Below, one piece after another: positions 48,601 to 60,270 of a stretch of 64,000 bases of DNA. The notes under the pieces were generated by a model. That model saw only the letters and a program-made list of their open reading frames with translations. It did not search any database and was not told the origin of the DNA. A program made the position numbers and the translations under genes. Source of the DNA: Isurus oxyrinchus (lineage: Eukaryota); assembly GCA_026770705.1 (NCBI GenBank), contig JANJGN010000009.1:164114001-164178000 (forward strand), in the 5' to 3' direction. How positions within the stretch are numbered: position 1 is the first letter of the stretch; every line of letters begins with the position of its first letter.

Positions 48601-51600
48601 CTCTATATAAACTATTGGAAAAAAACAAAAAGTGGAGGAAGAAACGGAAAGGGGATGGAGATGGCGGTTGGGGCCAGGGAACTGGAAATTGGTGATGTGA
48701 CGTAAGGTGTCAGAGGAATCACGGATGTAGGTGGGAAGGGACTGGACAAGGGGAGAGCGAAGGGAGTCAAGATAATGAGAATTGAGTTCCGTGGGGCAGG
48801 AAGAGGCTGACACGATCAGTCTGCCGGGACAGTCCTGTTTGTGGATTTTGGGTAGGAGGTAGAAGCGGGCCGTCCGAGGTTGGGAGACTATCAGGTTGGA
48901 AGCTGTGGGAGGAAGATTTCCAGAGGAGATGAGGTCAGTGACAGATCTGGAAGCAATGGCTTGATGTTCAGTGGTGGGGTCATGGTCCAGGGAGAGGTAG
49001 GAGGAAGTGTCTGCGAGTTGATGCTCAGCCTCCACAAGGTAGAGGTCAGTGCGCCAGACAACAACTGCACCACCCTTGTCAGCGGGTTTGATGGCAATGT
49101 TGGGGTTAGGCTTGAGAGAATGGAGTGCAGTATGTTCAGAGAGAGACAGGTTAGAATGGGTGAGAGGAGCAGAGAAATTGAGACGACTAATGTCACGCCG
49201 ACAGTTCTCAATGAAAAGATCAAGAGAAGGTAAGAATCCAGAGGGAGGGGTCCAGGTGGAGGGAGAATATTGGAGGTGGGTAAAAGGATCCGTTGAATGG
49301 GGAGAGGACTCCTGCCCAAAGAAGTGAGCCCGGAGACGAAGACGGTGGAAGAAGAGTTCAGCATCATGCCGAGCCCGAAATTCATTGAGATGAGGACGTA
49401 AGGATATGAAACTAAGTCCTTTGCTGAGCACTGAACGTTCAGCATCAGAGAGGGGAAGGTCAGGGTGTATAGTGAATACCCGACCGGGGCTGGGATTGGA
49501 AGATGGGGTGGGGACAGAGGGACAGGCAGGGTTGGAGGGTCCTGGATGTGTGTTGGTATCACTGAGTTGTTGCAGCTTGCGTTCCTTAGCACTTGAGAGA
49601 AAGAGAAAAGGTTTCTTGTTGAGGCGACGGATGAGACGAAGAATAGAATGAAACTGGGGGCACGGGCAGCTTTGGAAAGGGGTACGGCGATGCTGCTGGA
49701 GGGAGAGGTCGAATGTGTTCATATGGCAGCGCATGGCACTGAGTGTGGATCTCAGAATGCAACGGGAACAGTATTCCGAGGAATGTTGTATGTCCCAGAG
49801 ATACCTGTAATCCTGGGTTGGTTCGAATCCGATGGAATTTCAGTTGAGATCCACATGCGGTAAGTCGGAGACAGAGACAGTCACTGAGAAAGGAAATATG
49901 GCTGTGAAAGCGGGTTTTAGTAAACACCTTGTCAAACACCAGGAGAGAAATGGAAAGCAATGAAGGTAAATAAGGCAAAAGAGAGATATGAAAATCCTGA
50001 CGGAGAGTAGTACAAAACTTCTTTAAGGTAGGCATGTCTTGAAGAGAAGTGGCAGTCAATTAAACACGGATAAAAGCAAAAAACTGCGGATGCTGGAAAT
50101 TCAAAACAAAAACAGAAACATAAATAGCTGGAAAAACTCAGCAGGTCTGGCAGCATCAGCGGAAAGAGCACAGTTGATGTTTCGAGTCCTCATGACCCAT
50201 CAACAGAACTAAGTAAAAATAGGAGAGGGGTGAAATATAAGCTGGTCTAAGGGGTGGGGGTGGGTGGTGGTGGAGGGAGAAGTTGTTGGGACAAGCAAGC
50301 AGTGATAGGAGGAGATAACCAAAAGATGTCACAGACAAATGAACAAAGAGGTGTTGAAGGTGGTGATATTATCCAAAAGATTGTGCTAATTAAGGATGGG
50401 TAGCAGGACAAGCAAGGTACATGGTGGCATCATGCTGCAGTTGGAGGCGGAAATGGCGGAGAATGATCCTTTAGTGCGGAGGCTGGTGGAGTGATAAGTG
50501 AGGACAAGGGAGACCTCTTCATGTTTCTGGGAGACTTGCTGCCTTCTTCCAGTGAAGCTCAATGCAAACCGGAGGAACAGCACCTCATCTTCCGACTAGG
50601 CACTTTACAGCCATTGGGACTGAATATTAAGTTCAACAATTTTAGATCATAAACTCCCTCCTCCATCACCAACCTCTTTCCGTTTCTTCCCCCTCCTTTT
50701 TCCTTTTTCCAATACTTTATATAGATTTATCTTTTCCCACCTATTTCCATTATTTTTCATGTATTCCACCGATCATTTATCTATACCTTTTAAGCCCTTT
50801 AAGTCTTATTTCACCCCACCCTCCACTAGAGCTATCTGTACCTTGATTGTCCTGCTATCCATTCTTAATTAGCACATTCTTTTAGATGATGTCACCACAT
50901 TCAACACCTCTTTGTTCTTTTGTCTGTGACATCTTTGGGTTATCGCCTCCTATCACCGCTTGCTTGTCCCAACAACTACCGCCGACTTCTCTCTCCACCG
51001 CCCCCCCCGCCCCCCGACCCATTAGACCAGCTTATATTTCACCCCTTTCCTATTTTAACTTCGTTCTGTTGAAGGGTCATAAGGACTCTAAATGTCAACT
51101 GTGCTCTTCTCTGCCGATGCTGCCAGACCTGCTGAGTTTTTCCAGGTTGGGGAATTCTGGGTGTGGCTTTTGAATGAGCCAGCCTGTATCCTTTAAAGCT
51201 GCTCCCAAAATCACACAACCCAGGAACGCAGTTGGGAATCCCAGAATTAGGACACACCCGCCATTTTTAAAGGGCTCCTGAATCAACCCAAGTTGGTGAA
51301 ATCCAGGCCGTCACTTTGGTCTGAAGGCTGCACAAAGCACAGGGTAGAGGCCCTGGACTGAGACACCTGCCTTTATCTTGTACAGAAAGTGTTCACATGT
51401 GAGTGACATGAACATTGCTCATCAAAACAAGGAGCGATAGGCAGGGAGACATTCTTTGGAGTTTATTGACAATAATGAACAGTATGTACAAGTGATTAAC
51501 ACCCGTGCCCAGGATGTGCAACTGGCCTAAATAGCCAAGTGGTTATGGTACTGGGTTTGTAACCCCAAGATCAGCAATTCAAATCTCACAATGGCAAAAT

Positions 51601-54600
51601 ATGAAACAATGTAACTTGATCTGAATAGGAACAGATGGAAATGTGTTTGTACTCAAAAGAGTTACATTTCCTCAACTCTCGAGGCCTTCCGTGCTCAGTG
51701 GGGACTGGGGTGCTTTATTGACCCCTTTTAGCACTTTTTGGTTTAAAGTTGTAAGTTTCCTTTAAACTTTGTTCTTGGTTTTACAGCTGACCTAAATTAG
51801 GGGCTGTCCCTTATTTATCCTAATTTTGTAAATTTAGTTTAATTGTTTTGACTCTATAAGAGTTACATCTCCTCAACCCCCGTAATATGAGCCGCCTCGG
51901 GGACATGTCCTCTGTGCCATTTGGCACAGCAAAGAGGAGCTTTTTGTACGGACTGCTGCTGCACATCTTCCATTTTCTCGCCCTTGTCCGCCGCCTGGAT
52001 ATGCCCTGGCATGCCTTGTTGCCTTCCGGCAGCGGAGGCCCCCGATGGGAGGCCCTCTGAGGAGGTGTCCTCCCCCTTTCTATCGGGGACCTGGGTTCGA
52101 GGGTGTTGCATGCAGCAGTCCCCTATAATAGGAGAATTCATAGGTTCACGGACTCCCAAGACACATGCCCTTTTCGTGGTCTTGTGGAGTCCGTGGACCA
52201 TGCATACATAGGGTGTGGTAGGTTGCACTCCCTTTTCAGTTACTTGATGAACCTTTTGTTAATGTCTTGTTTGCACTTCAGCCCCACGCTCCTGATCTAT
52301 GGACACCCGGTGCGGAAGGGGGTCGGAAAGGAGGAGGACCTCCTCGTGAACCTGCTCCTGGGCCTGGCCAAGTTGGCCATTAACAGGTCCAGGCAGCAGG
52401 CGATCGAAGGGGGAGTCCTGCCCAATTATTTATCCCTCTTCCGCGGCTACGGTCGCAGCCGGATGTCCCTGGAAAGGGAGCATGCGGTGTCTGCCGGCAC
52501 TCTCGAACCCTTCCGTGCTCGGTGGGCACCGCGGGGACTGGGGTGTTTTGTTGACCTCTTTTATCACATTTTGGTTTAAAGTTGTAAGTTTCCTTCAAAC
52601 TTTGTTCTTGGTTTTACAGCTGACCTGAATTAGGGGCTGTGCCTGATTTATCCCAATTTTGTTAATTTAGTTTAATTGCTTTGACTCTATAAGAGTTACA
52701 TCTCCTCAACTCTCGAGACCTTCTGTGCTCGATGGGTGACCACGGGGGTTGGGGTGCTTTATCCAGCCTCTTAATCACATTTTGGTTTGATGTTGTAAGT
52801 TTCCTTTAAATCCTGTCTTTGGTTTTGCAGTGACCCTAACTTAGGGGCTGCGTTTTATTTTGTTCCTCATTTTGTTAATTTAGTTTATTTGTTTGGCTTT
52901 AAAAGAGCTACATCTTCTCAACTTTCCTAATCCTCCCGCTACATCTTGGTGCTCCGCAGACATCCAGAGTGGAAGTAAAGACAGTCTGCAGACTGCTATG
53001 CTCTGTCTGTGATAATTTTGGCGGGCGTCCTCTGGAGGCCTGAGGCCTGGAGGGCCCCGGCTTCCTTTCGAGGTCCTGCTGTGTGGCATTAGCACCCTCC
53101 TTGGCCTGTGGACCTGGAGCTGTCAAGGTCACAGTAAGAGGGGAGTTACCAGGATGAATGGCCCCAAAGGGTACACATGTTGATCCTTCTCGCTATTGGC
53201 TGAATTAGCGAGCAGCAGGGGTAGCTGGAGTGAGATTGAGCTGCCCGCACCCCTCTCTCATACACACTGTCAGGGGCCAACTATACATCAGCAATGGAGT
53301 TCAGCCCCACAGCAGTGTAGGAACGGTGCCCTGGACCAACATCTCCAAGGCACCTGCCATCCTAACAGTGTTGACCTTGGTGCAATGACATGCCAGCGCT
53401 ATCACCTCAGAGTGCAGGCGGATGGATTCCTCCATATTAACTGAAAATTTTATTTAAAAAGAGAGAAGGTCACCATCTAATCCTTTATTAACTGTGTTTA
53501 ATTGTATGCAGTGGTAGCATTAAACAGATGTCTTCAGGTCTGGGCCTTGTACACACTGTCTCCTGGGAGTTCTGACCAGCTACCCTGCTGTCTTCAGGGA
53601 GATCTGGCCAACCATCCTGCTGTGTACTGGGAGATCTAAGCAGCTACGCCCTCACATAGGCTTCAGTATTCCCTTAAATGTGTTTCTTCTCTTTCATCTC
53701 TCTTTGTCGTACCCAGTCTGTTCAGAAATGCTTTTATCCCAGGATTGATTAAATCAATCTTTACCTCTTAGACTTGTAAAAACAAACTTACTCTATGTTT
53801 ATGTCACGTCCTTACACCTTTTTACAACCTGCATATATCTCCCTTTGAACTAAAACAACACAATTCAAACTATTTCTGTTATTGCTTCATGTACAAATCT
53901 GTTGTAGTTCTTTTTTATTTATTAACATATCAAAACCACTTCAAATTGTTGACTTTTGACCCTATCCACTGATGAGGCAGTCCATGTCATGGAACCATAA
54001 CCTTAAATTTGGAGATAGGCTCGTCAGGGATGTCAGGAATCACTTCTTCACGCAAAGTATAGCGGAAATCAGGAACACTCTCCTCAAAAAAGCTCTTGAA
54101 CTTAAATGAAAATTTCAAAACTGATTGACAGATTTTATCTGGTAGCAATATTCGGGTTATGGGACCCCGGTAGGTAAATGGACAGAAGATACTGGTCAGT
54201 TGGGATTTAATTGAATTGTGGAACAGGCTGAAGGGGCTGCATGTCCGAATCCCTTTTCCATGTTCTGGAGCCCCAGTTAATTTTTCAGTGGTCTGGGCCT
54301 TGTGAGTAACAATGTGCTGTGAAACAAGCTCACAAACAGTTAGCATTTCAAAGAGACACTTTCCAATCACCAGGCAAACTGTGACCTGTGTTGTTTCAGA
54401 GTACAGTTTGTGACAGTGAAAGCAGTGAAGGCCTGCCAAACCTCATTAAAATCAAGTTCTGTCGAAGGGTCATGAGGACTCGAAACGTCAACTCTTTTCT
54501 TCTCCATCGATGCTGCCAGACCTGCTGAGTTTTTCCAGGTAATTCTGTTTTTGTTTTGGATTTCCAGCATCCGCAGTTTTCTTTGTTTTTATCTCATTAA

Positions 54601-57600
54601 AATGTTGGTGAAAGTGTCACTTTTCTCTGGCTAATCCCTTGACCAAAGAGGGAATTTTAATTCCCCTCCCCCATCCTGCATCGTGTTGAGGCATGATGGG
54701 ATTTGCTGGATCCAGAACCTTCTCCAGCACGGCTTGTGATCCAGGAGACACACGAAAGCTTCGCCCCCCCACCCCCAGGCAAATGTTTTATACAATTTCT
54801 CCCTCCCCATGATTGGCCAATCCTGCCCCAAGCAGCAAAGTCACCCTGACTCCCTCCTCGCTGTTGTGCTCCGAGGCAACATTCCCACCAATTTCCAAAC
54901 TTTTACCATAACGTTCCTACTTGGAAACCAGCCAAACATTCAATCAGTGTGCAAGAATTCTGGTGAGATTTTGCTGTTAAATTCGGCACAAACTCAACAT
55001 TCCTGGTATTTCCAGCTTTCTCACCACCCCACACACAGTCCCCCCTCTCGTCTCCACGTACCAGGGTTGAAGTGTTCTATCGCAGCATGCAGAGAACCAG
55101 AGCCAATCACATTTACATTCTTATCCAAAGCTACAAAACATGTAACCGATATCTGACAACATTTTGCCCTCATTTTACCCTTTGCTTTTCTAAGATTCTC
55201 TCCAACCAATTCACATTCAACTCACAAACAATGAAGTAGCATTGGAGGCTCACTACCAGCTACGAAGAGATATTGTTCACCATCATATTCATGTTAACAT
55301 ACTCTCAGTATCATAGCTGCTGTTCTGATCTGGAGACCTGATATGTTCTGATATAATGGCTGAAAGGGTAACTCAGGCCTCTAAGAGGATGGAGAGATAT
55401 GGGGATGGATTTTTAAAAAGTATGGTGTCAGGATTAGAGATGGGTGGGTGTGAAATTTGACACCGCTGGTCTCCATGCCAATTTACTGTTACAATCCCAA
55501 GCCCGAAACATTTAGAAAGCAGGCGGCTTGCAGTCAAGTGGTGGGCAGCTAACTTAGGAAATAACATTTACCAAAGGGGCCAATTAAAGACCCATTCCTG
55601 CGCCCACTGGGATTTCATTCAGCAATGCAAGCAGACCACATTACCCCTTCAGGATCATGGCCCGGCAGCTGCCGGGTTTTGAAACATAAAATAAACTTAC
55701 CTGGACATTCCCCTTGCTGTCTCCATGCTCAGGTCAGCAACTCCCACCTCACCTGGTGAGGCCCTCTAGCATCAGGAGCCCGCCCTCTGTCCCTGATTGG
55801 AAGGTGAGCCAGTTCCAGTCTTTTGATTGGCAAGAACATTGAAAATTGCAGTGGGCATGCCTAAAGAATGGTGAATGGTGTCAGGACCTGAAACAATCTC
55901 CCATGTCCAGTTCCCAAACCCAAATTTAACATCCACCCCATAGAGTGGTAGATGTGTTGGTGAGATTCCAACATGGCAGAGCCTGGCTGAGATGAAGTGC
56001 AAAGTTTGAAGAGTATTTGATTATTAAATGTTCAGTATCTGAATGTTTCTTTCTTTCCAACAGAACCCGTGTCTGTTCCTGTGCTTAGATTTTCATCACC
56101 AGCAAATGTCTCATGTTCTGGGGGTTCAGTGTCCGTCTCCTGTGAGTCTGTCCAGGGATCCCTTCCCATTCAGTACACATGGTATGAAAAGAACCTGTCT
56201 GAAGATTCAAAGATCTCTGACACCAATAAACTGGATCTACATTGTCAATCCTTCAAACAGCAACATCATCAATATTACTGCACAGCCTCGAATAATCAGG
56301 GAGTAAAATCCAGTGACACTGTCACTGTTAACTCAACACTCATGAATGTAACAACGAAAAGCTACAGTTATGTGATACAAATTGGAAACATTGGTAAGTG
56401 TTACTTTCTACAAACAACGTGGCGAATGAATGTTTTAAATTCATGTCTATCCAAACTGGTCACTGTTTCAGTTCCTTCAGTTTATCTGAGAAATTGCAAC
56501 TGGCCAAATTCACTCTCTCTGGTTCCTCAAACATTCTGAACAAGGTCACTAAGTTGCATTTTTCATGAAAAATGGACAGGATCAGAAAATATCCCCAAAA
56601 CATGCAAAAATATTGCCGAATCTCCAATAAACCCATCGAATCAAAATAGCATTTGATTGACAGAGCTTTCATAAAGTAATTTGTCTATTTCCAGCAGATG
56701 GAATTGTGAAATGCAACCTCCAACTGTTGTGTCCTAGTTTGGGAAGGATATCACTGATAGAATAGAGAAGAATTGAATTAAAATGAACCCTTGGATGAGA
56801 GGTTTTAGTCATGAGGAAAGTATCATCACAACTGAGGTGAATGACCAGCTGGAGGACGTGGAAATTGTTAGAAATTTGGATAAGGTAACTCTAACTATTT
56901 CCACTAGTCAGTGAGTCAGCAACAAGAGAGCATTAACTTTAAAATTATCACTAAAAGGACAAAGGGAGAAATTTGGAGAATTTTATTGATGCAAACTGTT
57001 TTTAGGACATGGAATGCCCAACTGAAATAAGTTTACAAACAAATTTAATAATAGATTTTAAAAGGGAAACAAATGTATGAGGGTGTGGGAAAAGGACAAT
57101 GAAATGGAATTAAATGAGGAGATCATTCAGAGAACCAGCATTCGAGTGATGGGCTGAATTCCCTCCCCTGTGTTGTAAAAATTCCATCATTCCAGTCAAA
57201 ATCTCAAATTATCCTGTATAAAAAATTAACTATTCGCTCCCCATAAAACAATGACCCTGGTTCTGAAACAAGGATGACTTTAGCCTATTTGAATGTAGCG
57301 GTTCAATTTTCTGCAGAGTGGGTGCAGCATGTTCACCGAGAAACACCAACATGGGCACAAAACAAAGAGAATCACATTTTCACCTGAGCAGCAGGAGACA
57401 GGAATTTACATATGCAAATATATTGACTCTGGTCATGTGGTCTCTTGCCTCAGTCGTCAGGGAAGAAGGGTGGAATTTTACACCCCCATTGCGGCAGGGA
57501 CTGGGCTGTAAAATGCAGCCAGCCATTCTAAACTCCATGCACTCCAGCAGGACCATAAAATCCCACTGTCACAAGGCTCAGACCAAAGGCTGTCAGCAGC

Positions 57601-60270
57601 AGGTAGAAATTACACCTGTAAACTGTGTTTGTACTGGAGTTGTCAGCAGGGACTCAGTTGCACTCTGACCTTTGATGCCAGTCTTTTGTAGTTACAAGTT
57701 CCCCTTAAGAGTTAAAATTCGGGCTGATACCATGATCCAGCTCTGAGGTAGTGCTATACTGGTGGTGGTGCTGCTGTGTAGATGAGGTATTAAACTGAGG
57801 ATCCACATCCTCCTTAGGTAGATGTAAACAATTCCAGGGTATTATTCACAGAATAGGGAAGTTCTCCTGGCGTCCTTGAAGCCTTTATTCCTCAACCAAT
57901 ACACACAAATAGGGAGCAGGAGCAGGCCATTTGGTCTTTTGAGCCTGTTAATGTCACTAGAAAACAGATCATCTAGTGAATGTTTTACTGATGTTTGTGG
58001 GGCTTTGCTGTGTACGAATTAACTTCCACGTTTCTTGATATTAAAACTGTGGCTTTACTTCAAAAAAGTACTTCATAGGCTCTGAAGCACTTTGGAATAT
58101 CCCAAGGTTGTGAAAGGTGATGAATCAACACAACTTGTTTCTTACTTTTTGAAACAAACCATTTATTAAAATACATCTGAACCAATTATCTGAGTGCAAA
58201 CTGCAGGGGGGGGAGGGGGAGGGAGGAGCCAGTCCCAGCAGCAAGGTGGTCATTATAATTAAATGGTCAGAAAATCACTGGCAGGTTTGAGACATTCATG
58301 GTCAGTGGGTGAAGATTGTCATCTTTACTGCAAGCTCAGAAAACTGCCCCCAAAGGGCAGAAAGTGACCATTGCCAGTATTAGGATGTGACTGTTTAATG
58401 TGTTCACATGAAATTCATGTCAAGAAAGTGTATCTCTGGATTGCAGTCCACCAACTTGAGCCCTTATCAGGCCCACTAGTAACTCTGTCCCACCAACTCT
58501 CAGATATAGGAAAGAAAGTGAAATTACCAGTAAAGATAGACCACCAGGTATCAGCAACCTCTCCACTTGTGACCAGAGAGGGGTAAATTACACAGAAATC
58601 AATTCTACCAGCCAGGCTTTTCCTCAATTAATGAGGTTCCATTTGACAATGATGCTCTCTCAGTTGAATACAAGTGAAAATGAGGTGAATCTCAATGTTA
58701 TTCCCTTGTGTCAACAGGACGTGAGTATTGTTGTGAAGCTTGTACAAGAGTATCACCAACTACATATTTGACAAGTACAGATATAATTTCCACTACCAAT
58801 CGAGCCACAACTTCAGATCCCGAAAATGCTGAAAGGTACAATGTTCTCATGGATTGGCATTGCTTCCATATGTGAGAGATACAATTGGCCAAAGGAGTGA
58901 AAGTTGTTCATTAATTGTAAAGTAGCTCATCAGAATGGAAATGGTGGCTGGGTTTATATCATGCTGTTGTGTTAGCTTCTTAATGAGGCTGCATTTTTCT
59001 GTTGGAAAATACAAGCAAGGAGTGAGCTTTTCCATTGTGTTGCCGCTCAGATGGTGTTTTTTGCCTTATTCACCTTGATTACTTCACCGCTAAGGTAATC
59101 TCACAGTGTGCGAGGAGTTGTACTTGTCAAACTTACCTTGCTGCTGTCTACACTGACAGAGTACTTGTATTTGGGCTGATGAAAAGGAAGAATTAGCGTG
59201 ATATATCTGCACATCCCTTGGTTTCACTAATGAGAGACATCTTGCAACTCTGGTCCCATTTCCATATTATTAGCCTAAGCTGTTGACAATAAGTAGCAGA
59301 AATTGTAGTCCGATGTAAACACTCAGGAATCAGGTCTTTGAAGTTACAATGGTGATAAAGAGAAAACGCCAACTAAATGTCAAACAGAAAGAGGGACAGT
59401 TGGAAATGGACAGCAGGTATGTCCGCAGCTGTGGAGAAAATAAACACGTTCATGGTTTGGGTGCAGACACTTCTTCAGAATTCTAGTCCACACACGAAGC
59501 GAAGCAGGTCCACTCACCCCACAGATCCCAACTGAGCTGCTGAATGTTTCCAGAATCTTCTGTTTTCCATTCATATTTCTAGCACATGCAGTGCTCTTAC
59601 TTTTATCCAGATTATTGTCAATGATTTAAAAAGGATTGAAAGTCTAGGGTCTGAATTTTCCGCTCGGCGGGGGTGGTGGTGGGGTAGAGCGGGAGCGAGC
59701 ACGGGCAGCTGTGGACCCCATCGCCATCCACCATCGGGTTTTTGACGCCATTTTGCGCGGGCGGCCAATTTAGGCCATCCCAGCGTATTTCCCGGCTCCC
59801 GAGGATAGCGGCAGTGGGCGAGAAGCGGGGAGTGTGCACAGACAACCGGGTCCAATGGTGACCCAGCGGCCTGTTTAAATGAAGGCCTGGCAGCCTGTTC
59901 CAGCTGCTCACAATGGCCAGTGCAAAGAATTTTCACTTACAATTTAGCTTAGTATTACAGTTAGACATTATGGACATGCTAAAGAAATTTGCTTCGTTTG
60001 ATTTTTATCTAATGATCATGAAGTTGATAAGTAAAACTTTAGCTGATTCTTTCAGCTAAAGTCCCTTGTCTACTTTATGTTGCTGCAAAAAATTACAGTG
60101 TAAAGCGGAGAGTCATGTTTCAAAAATGAAACAGTCTCATTTCATTTAAATGGTTTGATATTTCTTCTCTTTTGCTCAGTTACATTATCTGGGATGTGAT
60201 ACGCTGGGTGCTCTTTACTCTCCTGGTGATTTGTGCTGTTTCAGGCACATGGTGTACGAGAAAATCTAAG
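42593..60270 (+). CDS. Gene 2: paralogous receptor, L-V-C2-stalk-TM; exons 42593-42629, 44492-44806, 56064-56393, 58718-58835, 60180-60270; last exon expected just past the window (~64055)
   Basis: Same exon lengths (37, 315, 330, 118, 91), splice sites and phases as gene 1. The joined frame is open. Confidence 0.87.
44492..44806 (+). CDS. Gene 2 Ig V-set domain exon
   Basis: VSGALWAKKEVTGVVGRAITIECHY...KYWCCGWSRQC...DTGWYSCG, with the same splice sites as 9072-9386. Confidence 0.93.
45706..51146 (-). mobile_element. Penelope-like element cluster (partial tandem copies plus an inverted 3' copy at ~50535-51146), only in unit 2
   Basis: RT motifs IKPADKGGAVVVW, FYLLPKIHK, MDIQSLYTSIPH, FLRYIDD. 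GIY-YIG region NLVYCIRCSQC..YIGKTKRRL. Repeated pLTR-type tails at 45706, 48150, 50070 and, inverted, ending 51146. Confidence 0.92.
51524..51661 (+). mobile_element. tRNA-Thr(UGU)-like SINE ending AAAAGAG
   Basis: GGCC..TAGCCAAGTGGTTA..ACTGGGTTTGTAACCCC..TTCAAATCTC resembles tRNA-Thr(TGT). Followed by the target repeat ttacatttcctcaa. Confidence 0.7.
51676..52907 (+). mobile_element. Three tandem 5'-truncated Tx1-clade LINE pieces (51676-51862, 51877-52695, 52710-52907) separated by 14-bp target repeats
   Basis: ORF2 C-terminus FLYGLLLHIFHFLALVRR...TCPFRGLVESVDHAYIGC (zf-RVT-like)...LAKLAINRSR. Each piece ends AAGAG followed by (t/c)tacat(c/t)t(c/t)ctcaa. Confidence 0.8.
54453..54592 (+). 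mobile_element. 140-bp Penelope-tail insertion with perfect 11-bp TSD
   Basis: ctcattaaaat at 54442-54452 and 54593-54603. Empty homologous sites at ~13890 and ~20145. Confidence 0.88.
54455..54493 (+). ncRNA. Minimal type I hammerhead-ribozyme-like motif
   Basis: AGUU-CUGUCGA-A-GGGUC-AUGAG-GACUC-GAAA-C-GUC-AACU: stem I, core, stem II, palindromic ACGU in place of stem III, GUC cleavage triplet. U replaces the core A6. Confidence 0.6.
56064..56393 (+). CDS. Gene 2 Ig C2-type domain exon
   Basis: Differs from 20612-20941 at 4 aa. Splice sites intact. Confidence 0.9.
58718..58835 (+). CDS. Gene 2 stalk exon (GREYCCEACTRVSPTTYLTSTDIISTTNRATTSDPENAES)
   Basis: 118 nt, acceptor tgtcaacag, donor AG|gtacaa. 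Confidence 0.85.
60180..60270 (+). CDS. Gene 2 transmembrane exon
   Basis: Protein sequence identical to the gene 1 TM exon. Confidence 0.9.

Noticed and set aside
51524-51597. Functional tRNA-Thr gene
   Set aside because: The acceptor stem and B box are degenerate (AATTCAAATC), and it continues into a tail ending at a retrotransposon target repeat. Better explained as a SINE.
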